DNA from: Asterionella formosa | Lineage: Eukaryota | Reading direction: 5' to 3' | DNA: 41,269 nt | Assembly: GCA_002256025.1 (NCBI GenBank) | Contig: NKIB01014709.1 | Location: forward strand, 1-41,269 | Shown here: piece by piece, positions 22,616-32,550 of the stretch | Position numbering within the stretch: position 1 is the first letter of the stretch | Layout of the letters: each line of letters begins with the position of its first letter | Notes under the pieces: generated by a model | Database searches by the model: none | What the model was told of the DNA's origin: nothing | What the model saw: the letters and a program-made list of their open reading frames with translations, nothing else | Program-made: the position numbers and the translations under genes

Positions 22616-24836
22616 TCACTTTCTGCATGCCCTCAGCAACAACGAAAAAGCACGTTCGTATTCGTTTTCAAATTTCAAGGTTTCTTTACTATTACCATGC
22701 CAATGGTAAGATTCTACGGGATGATGAACCATTTTACTAAGATACATCAGTTCAGTTGTAGTTAACATCGGAGATAAATCGAATTCAGGATTGAACTCCA
22801 TTGCTGCAACTTTGTCACAACATGAACCCACAATGGTGTTGAGAACATATACAATAACTGCATCTTCAACGTCATTTTCTGGATTACCAGGATATGACCA
22901 TCCATTTTGATTTTCACCCTTAAATTTCATTTTCATAAATGTATCGCAACTATCCTTTGTTAAACGTGACTCACTTCGTTTCCCCATAAAATTAGTTTCT
23001 CCATTGTATCGTAGTTGTAGTAGTAATTCCATCAACTTCACAGTTGTAAAGGGACCACATGACCATCCACCATCCTTGGTTAGTTGGAAAATCTTTGAAT
23101 CTGAATGTTTTGCTATAAAACATTTCAGAGGGCCTTTCCCACGGAAACCACCGCCCACCTTAAATTGAGGTTCCACGTTGGTGTAACCTCCGATTTTTGG
23201 TATCTCACTGAATGTTTTCAGAAAACTCTCTCGACATTCTGATCGAGCCTTCTTCATGCCAGATTTCCATTTTTCGAACTCGGTTTTGAATTTGACAATA
23301 GCTTTAGAGGGAATAATTTCTTTGTTAATATCTACACCAGGGCAAATACGATATTTGCGTGCAATCTCGTGAATGCATTTCAAATGACTTTTCAAACTAG
23401 CTCCATGTTCAGGATCACGTACTTCAACGTTGCCTTCGTTTAGATAAAAACAATATAGAACATAATGTTGATGATGTCGTGTTTGTAAATAAATCAAAAT
23501 AGGGAATTCAGGTTGGAGATAAAAACTGTTAGATGGATGAGGACGTTCAGTATTCCAGTCATTTCTGTCATGAGATTCAACAATTACATGAATGTTTGAG
23601 GGATGCAGTTCATGAACAATGACCTTCACAATGGCGGTCACAATTTCAATATCCCAATATGCACAATTGGACAGTTCAATACGATTGTCCCTGTACTGCT
23701 TCTCTGACAATTTAAGGGAATACTCATTCCTGCAATATTGACTTACTTCTGAGGGGTAGCAAGAGTATGTATTGTAGTAAAGCTTATGTGACTCCGGACC
23801 CAACATAAGTGGGAACCGGAAAGGTGTATCAAATACTTGGCAATTCACGCAGAATGGGCAGGACATGCTTTCCACAAAAAAAGAGGGTGAAACACTATAT
23901 AGGTGATCATTGAAACATTCCAATTCGTTGCCATATCCCGAAACAGCAGCTGCAACCTTTCCCTTTATCGATTTTATCGATACAAGTAATTGATATGTTT
24001 CTTCACTTCTCCTTGCTCTTTTGCATAAATATTTATGAATTCCTTCATCAAATAATTTCAATAATGATTTATCATTACAGGATAAATCACTTATCTCCTT
24101 GACCTGCTCAATTACTGTCCCAGTGACTGCAACAGTTTCGGAAATCTTTGGTAAGTAGTCATGAATTACATACAGACTGGCGACCATGTCCTGTTTCAAA
24201 ATTTACAACTCTTTACTAGATAAATGGGACAAATCACTTTCCTCCTCGACCTTTTTTTTTAACTTTCCAAATCACTCCTACAATTTCGGAACTCTTTGGT
24301 GACAAGTCATGGACTGCTTCTTCCAGATTGGCAACCATGTCTGGAGTTGCCTTTAATTTACATTTTGCTTTTGCTTTGGAAGGGGGAGATTTCATATCAA
24401 GTCTATCAGATTCGATAGACTCAATTAGACGCTCTAAGGAAGTAGAAACAAGATCTATCACGGGCATATAAGCAACACAATCTTTACTTCTTGGAATGGT
24501 ACTATTTGGAGAAGATGAACTGGCATCAACTATTTCGTTTTCACTCGCCTGTGTCAATGCATAAACAGAGAAGAAACGACGTTGGTGATCTTTATTTGGA
24601 ATGACAGGTATTACTAATTCCATCAGCTCGTCAGGAAAAAAAGTTTCCCAATTTTGTCGATGCTTCTCAAATGTGGCCGTAATGGTGCACAGAAGCTTGT
24701 TGCTCTTTTCTTCTGTATTAATACCAGCACCAAAAATATTAGTAAAGATACAGGGATCATTTGAAACGCCCCAATAGCGGAGAAGTTTATCAACATCATT
24801 GGACTCATTTCGACAACCATTGTTGCTGTACAACAT
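22616..24836 (-). CDS. Element B Ulp1/SENP-like (C48) cysteine protease; 527-codon intact 3' part, disrupted 5' junction
   Basis: YWDIEIVTAIV, QHYVLYCFYLNEGNVEVRDP (His, Asp) and IFQLTKDGGWSCGPF (Gln, Cys) are in Ulp1 order. The upstream ORF 24234-24836 joins only via a frameshift near the A9 run (~24252-24260) plus a TAA at ~24203. Confidence 0.72.
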
Positions 24837-26279
24837 TGGAATCAGCTATTGATTGAATAATGGTTCTGGTACCCTCATAAATATTTTACACTTCTTCGGA
24901 GTGGCAAGAACATATGTGTGGGACAAGCTACACTACGTAGATATAAGCTATATAAATATAGCGGTCACTTTGTGGAAAGTAGTATATGTGTGGCAATGGG
25001 GTTAGGCTGTCTTATATATTGCCTCTGATGTCGCCGATAAAGATAGTAAAATGTTATTAAGCAAAGTTACGATTGTTATTTCGAACCCCCTGCTATTCAA
25101 GGTTCATGTGATGCTACTATTTCCTGAATGAAATGAAGCTACTTCCTGATCAGTGATGTTGCGGCTCTAATTCTGCAGCATACAAACATGCTTGCCAATA
25201 GCTAGTCAATGAGAATGGAAGACCCATGGCTAATTAAGGCCATGAGCAACAAACTGCACCGCCATCTGGTCCATCTTCTCTTTGATCCACATCTCATCTT
25301 GAAGAACAGATTCGAAATACGGATCGATGTTCGCAATGGGCGAAATATGATCAAAAGGTACTATCTTCTTGATTTCGGTTGGAATTGGAATCGGGTATGG
25401 CCTTGCTTCAATGCATTGTTCTCCAATTCTGTCGTATAAATTGACCAAAGCTTTTGATTTCGAGTAACAAACAAACAATCAAACTTCGCCAGCATAATTC
25501 CCCATCAATATCGAGACCATATCATTTGTTATAAGACTGAGATCATCGCCGTCCCCGCAAGAAGGTAGCTCGTAAGGGATTCAACGAACGCACATGGCTT
25601 GTAAGAATTTCGATTACTGATATGCGAATGGAGAGATAATGACGAATACTACCGATACAAGAATTGGATCAAAGCATGTACCAGTAGAGCATTCAAATCG
25701 GAACGGCAACAAGGAAAGCACCGTTGTTGCACAGAATTCATTCTAATAGCATCATCGGGTAAAAGGTTTACATACACGTAAGGTGATCTGTGTCAAGTCA
25801 TAAGCTTTGCTAAAACAATAATTAATCAAAGAGCAACATCTATTGATCAATCAAACAACGTATCAATATATCAAAGCATTTGGTTAGCAGATTAAATTTG
25901 ATAACTAATATATATGCCTTCTATCTATGCGTAACTTGACGTGTGTAAAAAAGTAATCTGACAAACAAATTTGATTGACCACACCAACAGGATCATTGAT
26001 ACATCAAAATTATCATCTACATAACACAACATTTGATCAATATATCAAGAATTTGGATTAACCGATCAGATTTGGTAACTAATATATACAATTCTTTTAT
26101 ACGCATAACCTAACATGTGTATGCTGGTAACCTAACGTACAAATTTGATTGATCATACAGATACAGCCGTTGATATATCAAAATTATCATCAACATATCA
26201 AAATATTTGAATAATCAATCAATTTTTTAACGTATGCTGAGTAAAACGTTAGATCTAATGGAAAATCTATTCAAAGACG

Positions 26280-26413
26280 TAGTTAACATGAGTTCTGCTC
26301 ATTCTTTACTAATTATCGGGTTTACATTGATAAAGCCTCCCCTGTAGACTATCTTCTGTCCATTGTTGCCTTATAGACACAATAAAATACAGTCCGAACT
26401 TGTGGATTAAACA
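26280..26413 (+). repeat. 3' LTR, right part
   Basis: TAGTTAACATGAGTTCTGCTC...GTGGATTAAACA matches 7329-7449 apart from a 13-bp indel. Confidence 0.92.
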
Positions 26414-26999
26414 GCGAGCAACATTAGCCAATCAAATTAGCAATCACAATCGATGCTATGCTGAATGCTCTGGAAATTTTAGAAGCAGTCTGTTGGTACA
26501 GTTATTTCAAGAACAACAAACATTTTATGATGCCAATACTGGAATTAGGTTGCTTGTTCACAGTGACATTTCGATCCAAAGACGAATTTCTAGAAGAAGA
26601 ATCGGCAAAAAAATGGATGGCTTAGTTTTCGGAATGCTGATGCTCTTTGGGAGAATGTACGAGTCTTGCCTGGGGGAGAAATAGTCACTATTGATGGCAA
26701 TCACTTGGGTCATACCAACTTACCAGATGAACATGGGAATCGATAATGTAACAATCTAGTCTGTGTGGCTCGAAATCCTTCCGTGGATTGTGCAGAGGGA
26801 GCGAGACTGTCTGGAAGGTCCGGTAATCAGCGCACATAGCGTGCAGGTTGCTCGTTTTCTGTTCATCGATTCACGTACAAGAAAAAGGAAGGGGTATACC
26901 CCAAAAATTGCCCTAAATTTTGCGCCACTCCGATATTCTTTAAATAGTTGTTTACATAGATGTTAAGCCGTTACTTGTTGCTTTTATTGTCAAAATGAA

Positions 27000-27495
27000 C
27001 TTGAAGTCAGCAGTCAGCGATTTTTTCAAATTTTCAGCAAATCAAGTCAGCAGTCAGTAGTTAGCAAGTTGAAGTCAGCATTTTTACGATAGTACCAGTA
27101 CATTGTGGTAGCAATATCACGAAGTAGATAGCAATGAATTTTCTTAGGCATCAATGTCGATTTCACAGTTTATTATCATGTGTGGAGTACCAGGTACCAC
27201 CAGGTACGTCTATATTACTCCCGATAGTATAGTATGAATGTAGAAGGCATTGCTTTTAGTATCCCAACAACAAAAAGATGATGCGTTTCCATCATTATTC
27301 TAATATGAAAAGTAGTAATGATTTGTACACCGGTAATGGTAGTCAGACAAAGTAGCTTGTTTGATGTCAGCATGTTGAAGTTAGCAGTCAGCAAATGAAG
27401 TCAGCAGTCAGCGAATATTTCAAATTTTCAGCAAATCAAGTCAGCAGTTAGCGACAAGAAGTCTGCAGTCAGCAAGTTGAAGTTGGTAGTCAGCG
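27000..27495. repeat. Two clusters of (A)GTCAGC heptamer-like repeats, including a ~55-bp direct repeat
   Basis: GAAGTCAGCAGTCAGCGA.T.TTTCAAATTTTCAGCAAATCAAGTCAGCAGT at ~27003 and ~27397, with further AGTCAGC/AGTTAGC units. Probably the remnant of a small transposon. Confidence 0.7.
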
Positions 27496-27916
27496 ATTCT
27501 GCGGTGAAAGGTGGCAGCGCTTTTCCGTTTGAAAGTTTGTAAAGGTTACAGGTAATCTAAATAAATTGAAATAATTTGAGATTTTCATCATTTCGGAATT
27601 GGTGAGCCGGACAGACTTCCAATGAAGTAGGTTGAAACCACTACGTGGAATTTTTAGTATATAGTGTGCACAATTCGCTGATTACTGGACCTTCCTGGAC
27701 ATTGCAGATTAAACAAGTACAAAGACAACCCCCCCCCCTCCCCCCATTAGTTAGGTGAACTGTTAGAAAAACTACCAGTAGTATTACATAATATTGTTAC
27801 ATAGAATTACATTGGTATATCTAGTCATGCATGATGTTCCTACATACAAAGAAGAAGGAAGCAGAGGAGATACATCTCACCCCTATTCCAATCTCATCTT
27901 ATTGATATTTGATTCT

Positions 27917-28936
27917 TCAAACGTTCGATTTCTTTGTTGATATTTGATTCTTCAAACGTTCGATTTCTTTGTTCACTTTTGTTTTCATCATGGGTTGGTA
28001 CACGGCCCATTGTTGCAAGGCTTCCATAGCACCTTTTGAGTTTCCCAAAGTTTCCTCCACATCCGCCAAAGTCCTCCATGCCGTGGTATGACGAGGATGA
28101 AGGAATGTGGCACGACAGGCGTCTTCCTTGGCAGCAATAGCAGCCGCCGCTGCATTGTCACGACGAGACAACAATAATGTGGATCGAAGCACCAACGCGT
28201 GAGCCATGGCATGAGAACTACTAAAGTCCGAATGTTTCGACAGTGCAGTAATGACAGAGGTCAAACATAGTTCCTGTTCTTGTGAGGTAGCTGCTGTGTG
28301 TTCATGTAGGTGTATGTGTGTTAGTGTAGTAGATCCAGAGTTCCCTTAATCATTCCGCACATCCTAAGATGCTCCAGTAAGCAAACTCCCTTGACATTAG
28401 TCTTGGCTCCAAATAGCACCAAAATAGAGAAATGGAGTTGTTCTCTTTGGCGACTCTAATAATGAAAGCCGTTTTAACATAGTGCACGCTTTGTGATGGA
28501 CAGTCCGACAACACGTACCTCGTAATGCCCGTTCCATCACATTACTGGCGGCCAATAGAGTGGGATGGACGGTCATGTTGAGACCTTTCAAGGCAATGGC
28601 CGCCGCATCTGCAGTTTCCAAATGACCAAGTATGGTAGACTGAGTTAGTTGGTGCTGTACTACTTGAATGTTTGGGCCTTGGCCACACTGGCCCAAACAA
28701 CCCGACGATTCTACTGCTACGTCAGAGTCGGCATCGACCGTGCAAAGCAAGTGGTCCAGCGTTTGGACCAAATTGGCTGATTTGGAAGTGAAGCGTTGAC
28801 AGCAATCCTTATTCTGACACACAGATAATGTTGTCGTCAACGCCGTAGTGGACAATGGGGGAGCAAATGTAACGATGAACAGTACTAACAGGATGAGACT
28901 CGTCATCGAACTATGATCACTGATGATGATGGGCAT
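27917..28936 (-). CDS. Thioredoxin-like [2Fe-2S] ferredoxin domain + TPR-like protein with an N-terminal signal peptide (possibly plastid-targeted); 2 exons
   Basis: Exon 1 28936 (or 28906)-28519, phase-1 GT-AG intron 28518-28294, exon 2 28293-27917. Motifs VCQNKDCC...SSGCLGQCGQGPNI and a TPR-like AWRTLADVEETLGNSKGAMEAL. Confidence 0.8.
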
Positions 28937-30715
28937 GATTTTTTTGTATGAGAATCTCTTCTCACACGCACCACTCGTTCTTCGAACGCCGAGCAACATA
29001 CCGGTAATTGCTTAAGATATATAATACAGTAGTTTCATACAGCATGCATACGCACCGGTACTAGGATACGGGTATGTCAAAATACAAATGCTAGTGTACT
29101 ACGACGGTACGTAGTTCCTAGGTTTTGAGAGGGTGAGACTGAGAACAGGCAGGTCTAAGGCCTTCTGGGCCACAGTGGCTGTGACTTCACAATCCTCCAC
29201 AATTGTTGCTTTCATTATTAGCATATTATAAAGTTTAACTTATGTTTGTGTATTTATACATTCAAATAAGAAATATTGTTTGATTCATGCAAACACTGAT
29301 GCCTTTGTATTGATATTCTTATGCACAGTGTAAAATCATAATATATCATGTTGGTACCATCATTTCCCTCATTTAGAAAGACAGGTGCCAATATGGCAAT
29401 CTCAATGCCTCCTCCATCACTGTTATGTGAATCCTATTCTTCCCATTCTTGGAGAGTCCCAAACAATCCAATATTATACTTTGCCAAGAACACATTTGAA
29501 GCAGGGATTACCACCATCTGTTGATCCTGGAGGGAAGTAACTGGCTTCATCTTCCAAACTCATGAATAATTTGTCTAATGGTCGATTTATAAAATTCCAA
29601 ACACCAGGGCTGGCAACCATGCCAGGAGGTGCTTTATGGACTGACCTCCTGTTAGGACCAACTGAGTACTAGACTTCTCATGCTTTGTTTGATAAGAAGT
29701 GAAGTTAAATTTTATATTTTGACAAACAAGCAACAAAACTACAATTAGTCAGAAGGGTACCTCGCTTGATTCAAAATGGTAAACTGACAATCTAAACACT
29801 CCTGCCACTTCTATTCTTTGCAATCATTATGAAATGGTTTGTAGAGCAAGCAATAGTAGATCACACCAGCAGTAGAATAGATTTATGCCAACAACAACAA
29901 GGGTTCACTGTTGGAGAATTAACATGCTCTTATAGCATTGACAGTTTGATTTTCTATTGAATTATTTCCTTTCTTTCTTGACAGAGATGATATTGGCAAT
30001 GTGATGGAGATTTTCCTCCAAAAATTGCATTCAGCTCATCCTATGCAACAATTGTAGTTTTTACCAATGCATATTCAGGTTCTTGGGAAGGGCATGTATG
30101 ATGTCAGGAGGAAAAGCACGGCCTTGACAGCTCATGTTCCTCCAGTTTGTGTCAATTGATGATGATAAATCACCATGCTGATTGGAAGGGCATAAAATAG
30201 AAGAATAATTATTTGTATATATCAAATTTTTATATCCACTGTCACACTGTTAGTTACCATGTTAAAATATTTTTTAATCCAGAAGAATTCTGCAGATTCT
30301 AGCAATAATATATAGAATCTACGTAATTTCATTCTCAGAATACGGTAAACCGTTGGGACTATGTAGTACTAAACTACTATTGTATTAATTTATATCTGAT
30401 GCCAGTATTAAGTATGATGCTTAATTATAAACCTGTATATATATATATAATTATGCATGAAATTATTCTAGATATATTCTGACATCTCGTCCGTCTGCTG
30501 CATTGATCATTTGTCAAAAAGGCAACAAATGATGCTAGTGTTGTCGTTCATCTAGACCAACTCTTGCCTGCATGTATATAAGTAATCAAAAGTGCAGCAT
30601 CGTACCACATTTCCCATCAAGAAGGCAGCCATCATCAAGCAATAACGAGATAAAATCAATCGCTTGGAAACACTTCTAAAGTTCTGGTTCCCCCAACAAA
30701 CACAATCACATTCCA

Positions 30716-32293
30716 ATGTTTCCTCCTTGCCTCCTTCGTCCTCGACTACTTCCTCGTCACGTTGCTTTCTTTTCAACAATAGGAGGAGAAAGGATGAGAA
30801 TCGCCATTTGTGGAGGTGGTGCTGCTGGATTAAGTACGGCATTGCACCTGGCAGAATTGGTCGACCGAGGGCTTGTGGCTGGACCCATTGATGTGTTCGA
30901 TGCGAATCTATCCTCCACTCCCCGGGCCGTTGGGGTGGGCCTTTGGAGTACTGCCATTCTTCCCTTTCAGAATTCATGGAGAGCTTCGCACCAATTGGTG
31001 TGGGAAGATCTCATGCACCATGGCAAGTGGGTCAAGGACGTTGGATATCGGACACCATATGGGACGTGGTTGGCAGTATCGCAATTGCCTACAGAAGTAT
31101 CTGCTATGAAGGACAGTATGCCAGCTTTGTTGTTTTTAAGAGAGCAAGATATGCTCCATTCGCTTCGCAAGGCAGTTCACTTAGAAGAAATGAAAGGGAC
31201 CATACAAATCCATCAAGGGAAGCAGTCGACCGTGACTGGGATTGATGAATACTTTGTGCCACCCTTTTCAGCAAAGTTGAAATTAAGGAATGGCACTTGC
31301 ACTGAACGAGATTATCATTTAATTGTTGCCGCAGACGGGATGAATTCAGTGTTACGACAACGCTATGGAGGACATCGGATATTGAGACGATTGATTGGAA
31401 CGACTGCGTTGGGAAGTCCCTTCGATGCGAAACAAGAACGATACGAAGGACCTGCCAATGAAGCTTCTTGGGAGGAACAAGAACAAACTGAAGCCAATGC
31501 CATTGAAGATCGAGGATATACCGTATTTAGAGGAAATGCCGACATTTCCAGTCAAGATGCTGGGATGGACGGTATCAGTTTCCAAACCTGGGGCGAAGGA
31601 AACTCCATGCGATTTGCGACAGTCCCACTCTCTTATCCTGGTGGACCCTCAGGACGTGGGGAACAACAAGTTTGGTTCATAACAACCTCTGATAAAAATG
31701 TTACCAATGAGACTGATCCAATGGTCCGAAAAGAAAAACTTTTAAAAGCATTTGACAAATGGCATGATCCCATTCAAACACTGATCGAGGCCACGCCTGC
31801 GACGGAAATTCTCGTAGAACGCGCCATGGCCCATCGACATTCGGTAGGGCCCGTGTTGAATCTGAATCGGGTACTCCGACAAGTTTACAAAACATCTCCT
31901 CCGTCGTCGGGGCCAGGCCCTGCGGTGGTATTCATTGGAGACTCCTTCATGACAGTAGACCCAATTTTGGCACAGGGATTTACTATGGCTATGGAAGGCA
32001 GTGCAGCACTAGCTCCATCTGTCGAAGCCAGTATTTTGCAATTTCAAGATACTGGACTTGCCTTTGATCCGTACGAACTCAGAAACCAATTACAACAACG
32101 ACACGACGAGCGAAATGGACGATTATTACATCTATTGCAGGCCACAGAAATTGTGCAAGCCTTGGGACAGCCTCAAGGTGGATTGGTAGGAAGTCTATCT
32201 CGATATGTGGTTCGACCGCTAATGCAGCTTGCACCTGATTTTATCAAGCGTCCTATATTCAATGCTATGCTTACGTATTCACTGAAAAAGTGA
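30716..32293 (+). CDS. FAD-dependent monooxygenase (FAD_binding_3 / aromatic hydroxylase-like family)
   Basis: Intact 525-aa ORF with RIAICGGGAAGL (Rossmann fold), LIVAADGMNS (DG motif) and FIGDSFMTVDPILAQG (GD motif). The Arg-rich N-terminus resembles a mitochondrial presequence. Confidence 0.92.
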   Translation: MFPPCLLRPRLLPRHVAFFSTIGGERMRIAICGGGAAGLSTALHLAELVDRGLVAGPIDVFDANLSSTPRAVGVGLWSTAILPFQNSWRASHQLVWEDLMHHGKWVKDVGYRTPYGTWLAVSQLPTEVSAMKDSMPALLFLREQDMLHSLRKAVHLEEMKGTIQIHQGKQSTVTGIDEYFVPPFSAKLKLRNGTCTERDYHLIVAADGMNSVLRQRYGGHRILRRLIGTTALGSPFDAKQERYEGPANEASWEEQEQTEANAIEDRGYTVFRGNADISSQDAGMDGISFQTWGEGNSMRFATVPLSYPGGPSGRGEQQVWFITTSDKNVTNETDPMVRKEKLLKAFDKWHDPIQTLIEATPATEILVERAMAHRHSVGPVLNLNRVLRQVYKTSPPSSGPGPAVVFIGDSFMTVDPILAQGFTMAMEGSAALAPSVEASILQFQDTGLAFDPYELRNQLQQRHDERNGRLLHLLQATEIVQALGQPQGGLVGSLSRYVVRPLMQLAPDFIKRPIFNAMLTYSLKK

Positions 32294-32550
32294 GATATGA
32301 TATTAACAAGTAGAACCACATCAATTGTTAACACCGGGTCTTAAAATTTCGAGCATCTCCATCGGATTCGCCCAAAGTTGAATTTTTTGTTTTATAGTTC
32401 TAAAATCCAATGGACCCAATACATCCACGTAGCGTTGACAGGTGCCTGCAGAACTGTATGTTCGAAGGTGTGCAATCCTCGCTTCAACCATTGGCGACCA
32501 CCATGTCGATATCGAAGTATGGTTGACTCTTGTCAAGGAGTGACATGAGG

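Larger units (their letters stand above)
20238..26279. mobile_element. Element B: 6042-bp DNA transposon (putative Plavaka/CACTA-related, non-autonomous) splitting the 3' LTR
   Basis: Cleanly interrupts the LTR, with TA on both sides (20236-20237, 26280-26281). Imperfect TIRs CGACTGTAAATA..CCGTTAGGCCTAAC and inverse CGTCTTTGAATA..CCATTAGATCTAAC. TGATTGATCATAC-type subterminal repeats at both ends. Confidence 0.88.
7205..26413 (+). mobile_element. Decayed Ty1/Copia LTR retrotransposon (diatom CoDi type) with both LTRs and three nested insertions
   Basis: TG...CA LTRs at 7205-7449 and 20115-26413 (split). 5-bp TSD GTGAG (7200-7204) / GCGAG (26414-26418). Domain order gag-protease-integrase-RT-RNaseH. 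Confidence 0.93.

Noticed and set aside
25230..25478. 82-aa minus-strand ORF in element B
   Set aside because: May be an upstream piece of the protease gene, but I could not establish splice junctions or homology, so it is not called.
26414..26760. Protein-like frames just after the 3' LTR
   Set aside because: Short, interrupted and without a recognisable motif.
29150..30260. Possible decayed IS630/Tc1-like transposase on the minus strand (VLFL...EYA fragment near 30070-30120)
   Set aside because: Too degraded; no convincing TIRs or TSD found.
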